A model generated the notes under the pieces. The model was not told the origin of the DNA, ran no database searches, and saw only the letters and a program-made list of their open reading frames with translations. From NCBI RefSeq assembly GCF_009914755.1, contig NC_060927.1: 64,000 nt of DNA. One strand, given 5' to 3'. Shown here piece after piece: positions 15,470-29,090 of this stretch (positions within the stretch are counted from its first letter, which is position 1; each line of letters begins with the position of its first letter). Origin of the DNA: the human T2T-CHM13v2.0 reference genome, Homo sapiens. The translations under genes and the position numbers were made by a program.

Positions 15470-18400
15470 CTATCAGTGAGTTTTATATTTTTATATGCAT
15501 TTGTGGTAGTAACTAACATCCTTTTATTTCTGCTCAAAAAACTCCCTTAATCATTTCTCATAAGACGTGTGTGGTGGTAATGAATTCCCTCAGTTTTTGC
15601 TTGTCTGGAGATTTTATTTCTCCTTCATTTTTGAAAGACAGCTTTTTGCTGGGTATAGCATTTTTGACTGACAGGTACTTTCCTTCAGCACTTTGAATAT
15701 ATCATGTTATTCTCTCCTGACCTGCAAGATTTCTGCTGAGAAATTCACTTTTACTTTAATATAGATTTCCTTATATGTGACTTGATGCTTTTTTCTTTCT
15801 GCTTTTAAAATTATCTTTGTATTTGACTGTTGAAAGCTTCATTATAATGTGTCTTAGGGAAAATTTTTTCAGATTGAAACTTTATGGGAACTTTTGAGCT
15901 CCATGGGTCTAGATGTCCATATCTCTCTAAAAACTTGGGAAGTTTTTAGCAATTATTTTATAAAGTAAGCTTTCTGTTCCTTTCTCTGTCTCTTCTCCTA
16001 AAATTTCAATAATGCAAATATCTGTTCACTTAAAGGTGTTCCATAAATCTTGTAGGCTGTCTTCATTCTTTTTCATTATATTTTTTCTTTTTCTTCTGTT
16101 TAGTGAGTCACTTCAAAAGACTTAATTCAGTTTAAAGATTCTTTATTTTGCTTGAGCTAGTCTGCTATTGAAGCTCTCAATTATATTTTTTATTTCATTG
16201 ATATAATTCTTAAGCTCTAAGATTTATGTTTTGCTTTTTAAAAATATCTTTTTGTTGATTTTCTCAATCAGATCATAAATTGATTTTCAGATTTTATTAA
16301 ATCCTGTTTGTATTCTCTTATGTCTCTCCAAATTTCCTTAAAATCATTATTTTGAATTTCTTTTCAGGTGATTTGTAAATTTCTGTTTCTTTGGGGTCAG
16401 CTACGGGAGAGTTATTGTATTTCTTTGTTGTTTGATGTTTCCTTGCTTTTTGATGTTTCTTGTGTCCTTGCGTTGATGCCTGTGCATCTGTTGGTGAAGC
16501 TGCCTGTACCAAACTTTACAAAGTAGCTACTGTAAAGAAAGATTTTTACCTGCATATGAATCTGAGGGTGCCATTTGGGCTGGATGTGATGGTTCTTGTT
16601 CTGTGTGAGCTCAGTGGTATAATCTTTGTGCTTCTTTTTCAGTTGTGTTCAATGTTAGCAATGACTGCTGGTGTCCTCAGTAATTTATATTGTGGGAGTT
16701 TGTGGCAGTGGTGTTGGCTGCTTAGGTGATTAGGGCAAGGTCTCTAGGGATCTTCCTGTTTTTTTATTTCTTCACAGTGGGGAGTCTTAGTTTGGGGGAT
16801 CTCTTTTGCTATTGGGTCTGACATGGCTCACAGGCAACCACAGTGGCACTGGCATCTAGGGCTCAGAAAGAATTTGGAGATGGGTTCCTGGGCTCAGGAA
16901 CTTTGTAAAACTACTGTAGCACTTGAAACTTGAGGTACAAGTTTATTATTCAAGGCATAAGTGGATGCTTTTCTCCCACTAAGTTAGGGTCTGTTGCTCT
17001 GACGCAGATTCCAGTAGCTGGGACCCAGGGATCTGGGGTTTAGCTGTGGTTATGACCCTGAAGGGCAAGGTACACCAACAGCATGGCTCCAGACAAGAAA
17101 GCTTGAGCCCTGGGGAGCACAACACAGTTGCAATTCAGGACCCAGAACTAATAGGGCACAGGGGCAGCTTGGGCTCTGAAGGATGAGAGGATGAGGTACC
17201 AGCAGTGGTGACTCTGGACCCTAGGGAATGTCAGTAATCCAGGCTTATGAGGATAGATGCAGTGGCAGCAAAAAAACAGAAATGGCAAGATGTCACACTG
17301 ACTTGGTCCCTGAGGGGCAAGGAGCAGCACAGTGATAAGCACTCCTTGAAGAGACACATTTTCTCAGCAATTTGAACTGCAGGGAGCTAGTCCAGATCTG
17401 GGTAAGCAGGGTACTGTGGCAGTCTGACCTTAAAGTCAGGATGGCACAGCTTAGCTAGGGCTCTGATTCTCTGAGATACAAGTATTTTATCTGTTTGGCC
17501 CCAGCAAGAACAGTTACGCCAGTCAGTGAAGGCTCTGAATCCCTGGGGATGAGGTGGCATGTCAGATGTGGTGCTGAAAGATGCAATTTCTCTAGTGTGT
17601 TAGAGGTTGGTAGCCCCTGAGGGGTAAGGTGCTGCATCATCTGTGGCATGGGGTGGCACAACTGCTCACATGTGCCAGAGGTCTGAGGTCCCCAGGAGTC
17701 ATGGTGTTGTCTCAACTGTGGCACCAACGGGTATTAAGGCTCCAGTGTTTGAGGGAGACCTGACGTCCTCAGGGGGTAGGGTGCTGGGTCTTTTCTGGGG
17801 CCAGGGCACTGCTGCTCCAGTATTTCAAGACTCCACGTCTGGTACTTAGCTCAGCCCTAAGGTGAGAACATGACAGTGACTGGAATTGGGTGGGAGATGG
17901 AGCAGCTCTGTGCTAACTTGGATGTAGAAAATAGGGAGCAAAATATTTGCTTGAGGATGGCATGCTACCAGGTGGTCATGGTACAGTGGTAACTGAACCT
18001 CAAGAATGATGGGATGCAATGGCTACCACCCTCAGAGCAGGATGCACTCTAGCAGTGGTTCTAGTTCCAAGACGGCGCAGAGTAATAGCAGCACAGGCCT
18101 TGGGGATCATAGTAGGACACAACACTATCTCCTTCCCTGGGGGCAGTTCAGTGTGTGGACTTCAGGGAGCTACCTAACCTGGACCTAGCCCAGTACCTGT
18201 AAGGACTATAGCAATCTCCAGTAGCAAAGACTACAGGTGACCGTGGTGGTGATGGGGGCTACTAGGGTCCTCTTTCATACCTTTTTGTCTGTAGGAAAAG
18301 TCCCTTCTGGTCCCAGTGTGATCCCAACTAGGGGGATGCGGTGGCATAATCAAAGCGTTTCCTTCCCTTTTCTGTGTGGCCATACTAGGCTTCTGTGTTC

Positions 18401-18564
18401 TACAGGATTTCTGTTGCTTCTTTGCTCTCCTCTGGTGCTCTTCTTTGGATATTTTGGTTGAAATATAGTTGCTTATTTATTATTTTGCATTTTGTGTTGG
18501 GGAAAGAGTACTAGGAGCTTCTAGTCAACCATCTTGCTGCCATCACTGAAAACAGAAGTTTCTT

Positions 18565-19030
18565 AAAATGTCATAGGATTGGTTTTCTGTAGCCTATACA
18601 TCCTCTCACCACCACCTCATCATTGACATGTAGCCATAGAATATATTATGTTCATTTTATGATTGTAGGATGTTGCATATGCATAGAGCACTGTTACTCC
18701 CCTTTGTACACTTAAATTATTCATTTTATCCTTCAAGATGTAATTCAAGTGTTATCTCCTTAGGAAACCTCCCTGACTACTTTAATTCAATTGGGGGCTC
18801 TTATGCTGTGCTGAAATACTCTTGGGAAAGAACCCCTGTCATACCCCTGCCTATTATAATTGTTAGATTTTAAGAAATCTAAGTAAGCCATGGGAGTGTG
18901 ATCTTTCCCTCAGAAATGAGACTCTGGCTTGTTTACCTCCCTATCCTCAGTACTCAGAAGAATTTTTGGCAATTAGTTTGGCACTAAAAACCTTCTGTTA
19001 AATAAATGAGTGGATGAGTAAGTGACTGAA
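18565..19030 (+). mobile_element. LINE-2 3' remnant, continuing the L2 piece at ~10150-10320 split by the L1
   Basis: L2-like TCCTTCAAG..TCAAGTGTTATCTCCTTAGGAAACCTCCCTGAC and terminal AATAAATGAGTGGATGAGT. Confidence 0.55.
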
Positions 19031-20380
19031 GGGTTGAAGGATGGATATATTGATGGGTGAATAATATACTAGTTTGGGAGGAGAGTTAGAACTTATTTTT
19101 TTAAAAGAAAAAATATGAGGATATTATTCTTGAAAACATATTGATAGTTTCTTATACTCATTTTGACAAATAGGAAGTAACATATCTGGGTGATAAAAAT
19201 ATACTGTGAGGGAGACTCAACCTAACAACAATGACCTGAGACTAAATCATTAGCTTGGGAGCTCTGGGAGATGAATATTTAATACACTCAATTGCTTAGT
19301 CACTCTTTTTTCATTGCCATTTGTCATTGACATTCTTATAACTGGTAGACATTATATATGCAAGGAAAAAGAGAGACACTGTGGCATACTCAACGTAAAA
19401 AGTATATCTTGAATTCACGTTACTGTTTCAGTAAAGGCATTGTCAGATATTAGGTATTCTGGGTCAAGGCTGCTCCCCGAAACTATGAAGTCTCTGCTTT
19501 TCTTGCACACAATGCCAGTTTGACGTGGACCATAATGGAAATCTGTAGCACTGAAAGTTATTCAGGGCATTTCCCTTGAGAGTCCTATCTGTTATGTGCT
19601 GGGCCTGTATGACATTACACTAGGGCATTCCAGAGAACAGAAATATTACAGCTGGCCTATAGCCTGGAAGATGACTTCTTCATAATAATATTTCAAGGGA
19701 AACTTATTTTGCCAGAGATACAAAGACACGTATGGCCAAGGGTTTTCTAAGTGACTGCTACTCTTAGAGCTTTGGTACCTAGCGGTCTTTAGGCTGGAAT
19801 TATCTTTATGAAACTGCTCGAGTATATATTTTAGGATATCATAGACAAAACATATGGTACGAAATATAATTAAATGCTAAACTAATAATGCCCCAAATGC
19901 ATACAATCTAATAGCAATCTAAGAGACCATCTTGAGACCAGAATAACGGGGAAACATGGCAAGTCAACAAGTGTGGTAGGAAAGATAGATAAAAGGGAAG
20001 CATATTTCTAGAAAGATCCAGTTCAGAATAATTTAATCACAGGGCATAGGATTATATAGTATTGGCAGCCATCAGAAGCAGATTTTCAGTGATCATAATG
20101 TCATGATTCTATTGATAATCTGTTCCCAAAGACTTGAGGACAGAGTGCCATTTAATGGTACATCACAGAATGTGCTGTCTTGGATGTCTGTTCCATGGGG
20201 AAGTCAGTTTGAGTTCAGGATCCAGACAAGAAGAGAGACTCACTGACAAAAATGCTTGAATGCATTTTTGTTGTTCCCTCTCCCATTTCACAAGAAACCT
20301 TGAACTTAAAAGCCTCAGGTCAGAGTGAATTTTATGATACTTCCCCAGATTTATAAAAAAAAAATTGAGAATTAATACTT

Positions 20381-21286
20381 TAAAAAAATTTCAAATTTTA
20401 TTAGAAGTTTATTAGCTGGCTTGTTACGTGGGTAAACTGTGTGACACTGAGGCTTGGGATTCCAAAGATCCCATCACCCAGGCCAGAAGCATAGGACCCA
20501 ACAGGTGATCATTCAGCCCATGTCCCCTTCCTTTCCTTCCCCATTTAGTGATCCCTGGCCTCTATTGTTTTCATCTTTACAATCACGTGTATTCAAAGTT
20601 TAGTTCCCACTTATAAGTGAGAACATGCAAGATTTCATCAGACAAAGGTCTAATATCCAGAATCTATAAGGAATTTAAACAAATCAACAAGCAAAAAACA
20701 AACAGTCCAGTTAGAAAACAGGCAAAGAACATAAACAGAAACTTTTCAAAAGAAGACATAGAAGTGGCCAACAAACATATGAAAAAATGCTCAACATCAC
20801 TACTCATCAGAGAAATGCAAGTCAAAACTATTATGGGATACCACCTCACACCAATTAGAATGGCTATTATTAAAAAGTAAAACAACAATAGATGTTGACA
20901 AGGCTGCAGATAAAAGGGAACGCTTATACACTGTTGGTGGGAATGCAAACTAGCTCAGCCACTGTAGAAAGCAGTTTAGAGATTTTTCAAAGAACTTAAA
21001 ATAGGACTACCATTCAACCCAGAAATCTCACTGGCGTATATACCCAAAGGAAAATAATGCGTTCTGTCATAAAGACACATACATGCCTATGTTCCCAACA
21101 GCACTACTCACAACAGTAGACATGAAATCAACCTAAGTGGCTACCAACAGTGGACTGAATAAAGAAAATGTGGTACATATACACCATGAAATACCAAGCA
21201 GCCATAAAAAAGAATAAGATCATGCCCTTTGCAGCAACCTGGATGGAGCTGTAAGCCATCATATTAAGCAACCAAACACAAGAAGA
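20381..21286 (-). mobile_element. 5'-truncated, 5'-inverted L1PA15/16-like element
   Basis: Minus-strand 3'UTR 20381-20628 joined to plus-strand ORF2 C-terminal piece ~20629-21286 ([21 protein letters not shown]); degenerate TSD 20367-20380 / 21287-21300. Confidence 0.88.
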
Positions 21287-21619
21287 GAGAAGTAACTCTT
21301 AAAAAGAAAAATAGAAGATCCAGAAGCAAGAAGGAATTAGACCTAGACATCTTAACACAGGACAAGAACAATATAAAACATACAGAAATAAATCTAAACT
21401 GGGCTATATCCCTTAGTTCTACCAAGTCACCATCAGTTTTTTGGAGGAAAAGCTCTGGGAAAAGATGTGGAAACTCATAGTTTTGCATATGTACAGTGAG
21501 CTGATTATAATCCTTATTGCAACTGTGGATTTAAACATTAATATCAACAAACTCCTTTGCCAACTTCACCGAATAGTCTTGCACTGAGAAAAATAACTAA
21601 AAAAGTCAGTCTTGATATT

Positions 21620-21621
<2 letters not shown>

Positions 21622-21653
<32 letters not shown>
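21622..21653. repeat. (GT)16 microsatellite
   Basis: Direct read. Confidence 0.97.
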
Positions 21654-21654
<1 letters not shown>

Positions 21655-23796
21655 GTTTGAAAAGGACTGTACATATCTAATAACTAACTGGAATTAAGAT
21701 TTTGTTGTCCAATGTGAACAAAATGAGCCAAGAAGCATTGTGGTGAGGGATAAATTAGTGAAAATACATAGTATGTACAGTGCCTGGTTCATAATAAGAG
21801 CTATTCCTGATCCAGTGATTATTCCACAATTTTGTCTTGAATCTTCTTTATGTTGATGTGATTTATAAAACATGGAAACAATGAAATTCCTTCATAACTT
21901 AATTTATAAAAATATATTTATATATCGGTTTGACAAAATTATTTCATATATATTAGCTCAAGAAATAATGGCCATTTAGAAGTACAGCTGTCATTCTGTC
22001 ACTCAGAAAATGTGTCTACTGAACTGCTTCTGTGTGTGCAGTATCATGTTACTTTGAATAGAAAGAGATCACCTATCTGGTTTTACCTCCCAAAGCATAT
22101 ATAGTAAAGAAGATGATTATTACCTCTCATTTCACAGAAGAAAAACCTGGTGCCCAGGGAGATCATATCACTAAATTTCACATCATCATCATCATCAAGT
22201 ATAAAATTCCCCTGGAAAGAAGTATGAGGATTTTAATGAGAGAGAGAAAAAAAAAAGGTACCCCACTGAGCAAGGAAAGGAAGAAGGAAGAGAGTAAAGA
22301 GAGTACAAGGAAGGGAATAGTGATGCTTTGGGAGAAACATTAGGAAGGACTGGAAACTGAAACCACATCATCCTCTTATGGCTCCTGTCCCAGTGTTTCT
22401 GGTGCTGCCTTCCTTTTTCTCATTAAAAGCATAAAGTATACTCTTTTCTTTCTAACTCTTTCATATTCTGAAAAACTGTAAGTTTCAAGGAAAATAAAAA
22501 TTATATAAAAGGAAAGAATAAATCAATCCACAGGGAAGAAGTGATTGCCCTGGGACCTTTGGCAAAAATCCTTTTTTTTTTTTTACCACTGGGATAGATT
22601 TTCTTCAAGTCCTGAAAGCCATTCTATGAGGAATGATCTCAATGACATTTTAAAAAGGACAATATTATTCCAATGCTAGCTGTGGATTCATTACTGTGCT
22701 TTTGATCCATAATGTTTGAAGCATCAATTATCCCTTTTGTGAGAAAAAGAGTGAATTTATGACCCATGGCAGCAAAGACAATAGTTTCCCTTTCACAGCC
22801 ATCTGCACAAATTTATTTCTCTTACTTGATTATTTAATTTTACTCCTTAATCAGGTGTTCAAACACTTGAATTCTCTCAAGACCCTCGTTCTCTTTCTCA
22901 CCCCCATCTTCCCTGCCCCCAGGGCCAATCAATAATCACTACAGTATGTGTCTTTCCTTTGTAAAAATATTAATGCTAAAAATCTCCATGTGAGTACTTC
23001 TGATTATTGTGCTCTGCAGGCGGCCTTTCCTGTTTCTTTTCCTCTCCCAAAATATCCCCTAAGCAACTTATGCTAATTAACTATAGCTGAAAAGATAAAA
23101 GTTCAAATTGTGTTTTACAATAAGAATTTCAATACTGTCCAAAGCAAAAAAAAAGAAAAGAAAAACGGGGGGGGGGGGGAGGGGTGGGGTTGTTATAAAG
23201 TTTTTTCAGAATTTAATCTTTTCAAATAAACATTATGCTCCTAATGTTAGGTAAGTCATTTAATAATTTGGGGACTTGTTATAATACTAATGTGATTAAT
23301 ACTTACGACCCTGTTTATGTAGTTTTTTTGGGTTATTTTTTCTAAATTAGATGAACAAAATGAGCTTCAAAGTGGATTGACTGTACACACACGAGGGTGT
23401 CTACAAATAATGCATTGGGATGTAGGAAGAAAATTGTAGAGCTCATTTTTCTACTCACTCTTTTATTTAAAAAATACATTTTAAACTTACTCTTCATACA
23501 CAAACTGACACTCATTACTTGGTTTATTCATTACAAATGATATATGCAAAATTCTGAGGCAAACATGGAAGTGAGTAACTGTTAACCATGAAAGTGGTTA
23601 ATTTTATAAAAGGAAGATTTTTAAGCAGTAAAACCTTTACAAAAGTTTTTAATACAATCTAGTGTGATCATAAAAAATATTGTGTAGCTCAGCCAGGCAC
23701 GGTGGCTCACGCCTGTAATCCCAGCACTTTGGGAGGCCGAGGCGGGCGGATCACGAGGTCAGGAGATCGAGACCATCCCGGCTAATACGGTGAAAC

Positions 23797-24577
23797 TGTT
23801 ACCTGGGGTCCTTGCTCCCAAAGCTCCAAAGATGGTGGTGGGCCACCTCCAAGATGGCGGTGGGCCACCTCCAAGATGGTGGCAAGCTTCCTGTTCTCTG
23901 ACCTGGGGTTCTTGGCCTCACGGATTCCAAGGAATGGAATCTTGGGCCACGCAGTGAGTGTTATAGCTCTATTAGAAGTCGTGGGTCATGTAAGAGAACC
24001 GTGGAACCCAGTGACTAGTGTTCAGCTCGATTAGGATGAACCCAGGCACTTAGCTGTGCAGGAACAATGGCAAGCCTTTAGCCAGGTCAGGAGCGGCAAT
24101 GGGGGCCTTGCTGGATCAGGAGCACAGCGGACACCCTGCTGGATCCGGAAGAATGGAAGTCAGCGGCGGGTCTGCGACAGTGGCAAAACAGCAGTGGTGG
24201 ATATCGAGCGAAAGCTCAGCTCCAGCCGTAACAAACACGGATCAGAAGAGTGCAGTTGCAAGATTTAGTAGAATGAAATAGAGTGAAAACAGAGCTCCCA
24301 TACAAAGGTAGGGGACCCAAAGGGGGTTGCCATTGCCGGCTGGAATGCCTGGGTTTATATCCTGATCCTTGTCCCTCCCCCTGTCCTCTCAGGCAATAGA
24401 TGATTGGCTATTTCTTTACCTCCTGTTTTTGCCTAATTAGCATTTTGGTGAGCTCTCTGATTGGTTGGGTGTGAGCTAAGTTGCAAGCCCAGTGTTTAAA
24501 GGTGGATGCGGTCACCTTCCCAGCTAGGCTTAGGGATTCTTAGTCCGCCTAGGAAATTCAGCTAGTCCTGTCTCTCA
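23797..24577 (-). mobile_element. Solo HERV-W LTR (LTR17), 781 bp
   Basis: Minus strand begins TGAGAGACAGGACTAGCTGAATTTCCTAGGCGGACTAAGAATCCCTAAGCCTAGCTGGGAAGGTGACC (HERV-W U3) and ends ..GTAACA; 4-bp TSD AAAC. Confidence 0.93.
24350..24470 (-). promoter_or_regulatory. LTR17 U3 core promoter motifs
   Basis: Minus strand: CCAAT (24460-24464), octamer-like ATGCTAAT (24436-24443), CCAAT (24403-24407), TATAAA (24354-24359); activity not shown. Confidence 0.6.
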
Positions 24578-24754
<177 letters not shown>

Positions 24755-24755
24755 C

Positions 24756-24796
<41 letters not shown>

Positions 24797-27700
24797 GTGC
24801 AGCTCATGAACTTTCATAAGGTACCTAATAGGAAAAACCATAGAACGGCTGTTGAACTTGGATACTTTTTTTTCCCAAAGATATGGATTTCCATTTTTCT
24901 GACCTTAATTGCAGCAAGTGGCTATGGGTAGGAATCCATGAAAAAATGCATGTAATTTGTCCTTTGAAGGTAAAGGAGATATTACTGCATTGCAAAATTT
25001 TAAACCTAAGTTTTCAAAATTATAGAAAAATGTTCCACTACTAATGGTATATCATATAAACAATGATATATATATATATATATATTTAATTATATCATGT
25101 AAACAATGACCTCTTTGGTTATTTTAATAAACAAAATAAAAATATAATTTTTGAAATAGCATTTATTCGGTTTTTATCACTTATTTTTAAGATTAATATT
25201 TTGTGTATATTTCTACTAAACATAAAAATAACTATTAAATGGATAGATAGCATAGGGAGCAATTATTTTGATTGATAAAGCTATATAGTGATTAAAATAT
25301 GGCAAAAAATCTAAATGGAAGAATTACAAAGTAATGAAGAAACTACAAAATTCATCAAATCTAAATATCCCCCCTTTTCATATATGTAAACCAAGGCACT
25401 GGAAGTTATTTCACTAGCCCAACTCCGCAACGCTTTTTAAGTGCAGGCTGGCCTGAACTCAAGTGTCTGGACTATGTTTGAAAACACCACCCGTGAGGCT
25501 GTATAATCTGGCTATTTTTTTCTTCCTAGCGTTATCACTTAATATTTTACACATTCTGAACTGTTTGCGTTACCAGATATGCTCCATGAACTTTCTTCCC
25601 CGTTTGCATCTGTTTTTTTTTTTTTTTAAATCTCATTTGCTCTTCTCCAGAATCCTTGCTATTCTTCCTAGTTTATCCTTCAGAGACTCAGGCACAGACA
25701 TCACTTCTTTGAGAACATAAAAGGATACATATGACAAAATAAAAATAAACTTTCACAATATTGTCTAAACTCTCATTGCATAAACAGGAAAGCCCAAATA
25801 AGTAATGCAACCCAGGTCGCCCAGTGCCCCAGTATCATAATCCAGTGACTTTTTTTACTTCCCCTAAATAATATCCAACTGTGATAACATTGGCAACAAA
25901 TAAAATATGACTATTTTATATCCGATTACTCATTATAAATGCTTTAGCTTAATTTGTACCTAAAATTAATCACAGAAGAGAAAATAGATTAGTTTTCCAA
26001 TTAGCTCTTAAAGTACTAATAATCAGATCTATTTGCATGGCTTATTAAATGTTCCTTACAGCATCTTTAAAAAGCGATTTATAACTTTTCTATTAGTATA
26101 CAGGAGCAAAGATATTGAAAATATTTATTCAGTAATTCAGGGCAAACCTGAATAAGGACAAGAGGTGTTTTTCATAAGTCAATTTGTGCTCAATTTACCT
26201 GTCACAGAGTTGGTTTTCTTCTGTTGAGCTGATCTGAAACATTTTTACTGATTAGGGTTTTGCAACAGAGGATTTCAAAATGCAAATGTATCTACAGCAA
26301 GATGTGCCAAGGTAAGAAAACTTCTAGTTTGGGGTTCTAGGTAGACAGGTGTGTTCCCAACTCTACCTTCTCCCGTTTCCTCTTTAATTATTCGTCAGTT
26401 GGAGTTAGATCCTCCAAAGGTTATAACTAGTACTTTGAATAAAACATGGCCTTTGTGAAAGTTCTAATTTAGTGTTTCATTTTGTTAGGCAAATGTAATT
26501 TAAAATGATCATTTAAAAAATAATAATAGTTGAATAGCAGGCATAAGATTTTAGCCACACAGAACAGTTATGCTTAGGTGTGACCCTTTTTCTGGGGAAT
26601 TGAACTCAACTTATTTTAGAAACCTCCATCTGGTTCAATATCTAAAATTTAATCATGTCTAATTTTTTAGGTAGTCCTTTAGCTCTTAGGTTAGACACTT
26701 AAATAACTATTCAGTCAATTATGTATTTTTCTCAATAGTCTTCTCTTTTTTTTTTTTCCTCTGAAATGATTTAAATTCATGAGTGGGGGAGAGTATAGCT
26801 TATTTATTGCCCTCGCATCAATGGAAACTTCTTTTTTACCATTGTTTTTTTAACAGCACTGGCTTCCACCAAGACTAACTCAGTCTATTTGGTCTTCATC
26901 ATCGTATGCTAGCATCTTCTGGTAATATCAATGACATTCCCATGACCTCTGGTATCCAACTCTGTGTCTTATTGTGCAGCACTATCTCTTTGTTCTGCTC
27001 AGTAATTCTCAGGGAATACTGCACTCACTAACTGAACCTAGGGAACTTTCATAGACACTCTCACATAGCAATGGGATACAAGGGCTCTCTGAATCTGCCT
27101 TTGGGCCCATTCTCTTTGGCTCCACACTTATCCATTGTTAACACAGTCAGGGTTTAGTCTGGATATAGGATTACTCTAAGACAGTCTAATTTCTCCATGC
27201 TATAAGCTGGGGAGGAACAAGGCTCTCTGTCTCAGGCCTGAGTGAACCTACTCTCACATCTACCTTTTGCAATTCTGTCCTAGATGCTTTCCTTTTATTA
27301 TGCCTTTTGTTATGCCTTTATCGTGGTAGGAAAATGAGCTCTTACCTAATTCACACATTCTATTTCTGATATGGTTCAGGTATAATCTCTCTGCTCTGAC
27401 ATCTCTAACCTTTTAATATTATAGAGCCCAAAATCCCTTTGTCTACAAAATTCTGATATTTTCCACAGAGATACTCCCCTATGTCAAGCATCTGTATATT
27501 TAAACAATATATCCAGATATTCACTTGCCTTGTCTCAGTCTATGTCAGCCTTTTCCCAGAAATAATGAATGCCACTGATTCACTGACCAAATAGCCTCAG
27601 TATGATGGGAAAATTTTTATTTCTTAAAAAAAAAAAAAACAAAACTCAGTTATCTCAAAGTATTATTATGTTGTTAGATCTTATATTAATTTGCAAATTT

Positions 27701-29090
27701 GAAATTCTTTTGGCAAGTAAAATGCATATTTTATGCATGGAGACAGAATCTACCCAAATATCTCAATTATAGCTAGAAATAATGATAATAACCCTAAATT
27801 GCAAACACTTTTTAGCACTTGCATTCACACAAATAAGATAGAACATTTATAATGCTACCATTGTGGGATCTGGATAGACTATTTATAAACTAAGTTAATT
27901 AGTGGGCAAAGTTCTTAACATTTCAGGGATATATTCTGAACTGCAACATATCCTTATCCGGGTAACAATAAGCTTGACAATATATGTGAGAATTCTACTG
28001 TTAAGACTTTTAGGAAATACAGATCAAATCCTATGAATAACAAATTCTATTACATCCAAACACTGTAACATGAAACTTTCAAAAGTGTACTTATTTCAAG
28101 GGATATTAAATACAACTGAATTCTAGTGCAGTAAAAGAATCCAATAAGTCCTCCAGTACGGTGATTGGATTTGAAATGAAACAGGGCACTTTAACAGTGT
28201 AGTTTCATTTCATGCTCCTGTATTTTGTCCAGATATTAAGATTTAAACATGGAATCAGCATGACCAATGCTTTATGTAGGTTGCTTTTAATTTTTAAAGA
28301 GTATACAATGTCATTAAATGGATCTTTCCTTTGTGGTATACCATAAAAATTGATTAGTCATCCCACACATCTTTCAACAACAAAAAATAATAATCTGATC
28401 TGATTATATTTTCCCATGGATTGACAACCTTGTTATAGATACCAAAATTTCCTTCACAGACTCTTTGATGTATCTCTTAAGAGTATTGTGTGGCCATCAG
28501 TTATGGTGTCTGTCTTGGTGAAATTCAATCGGAACTGTGAAGGAGCTAGTTTTCTCAGCATTATTAAGGGACCCATTAACTAACCCGCAACTGCGGTCAA
28601 TGCTGGCATTCATATTTTTTAAAGAATCTTTTTTGAAATTTTATTACCACAGTTTTACTTTAAATATTTAGCAGAATCAAGATGAGCTCTGTAATTCATC
28701 TACCTTCCTAAAGTAAATAAAAATGTGAAAATAACATTGGGATATAATCCTACTGTTTAAATTTGTTTCTTTTTCTTTAATCTCACAGTAATGACTCCCT
28801 TCCTTACAAATTCTATTGCATCTACCACTCATTCTAAAACTGTCTTTTTGTTCTTGTGAACTGTTTTATCCTCATTTTGAGAGAGAAGTTCAATTATTTA
28901 TAAGAACACTCAGTGAATTATTTTCAGTATGTTGGAAGTGGGAGTGTCATCTTTTGTTCTTTTCCATCTGTAACACATATGCCATCACTTGTTCATGCCT
29001 GAAATGTGTTTTCTGAAGTATGACTTTATTAAAGTGTATGTTAAGCCTTAAAATAGTCTGCTACTAAATAAAACTGCCAACTGTGATTTT

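Noticed and set aside
23770-23795. AluYa5 assignment from ATCCCGGCT
   Set aside because: Only one of five Ya5 diagnostic positions matches.
23826-23885. Triple CCAAGATGG repeat
   Set aside because: Part of the normal LTR17 U5 region as I recall it.
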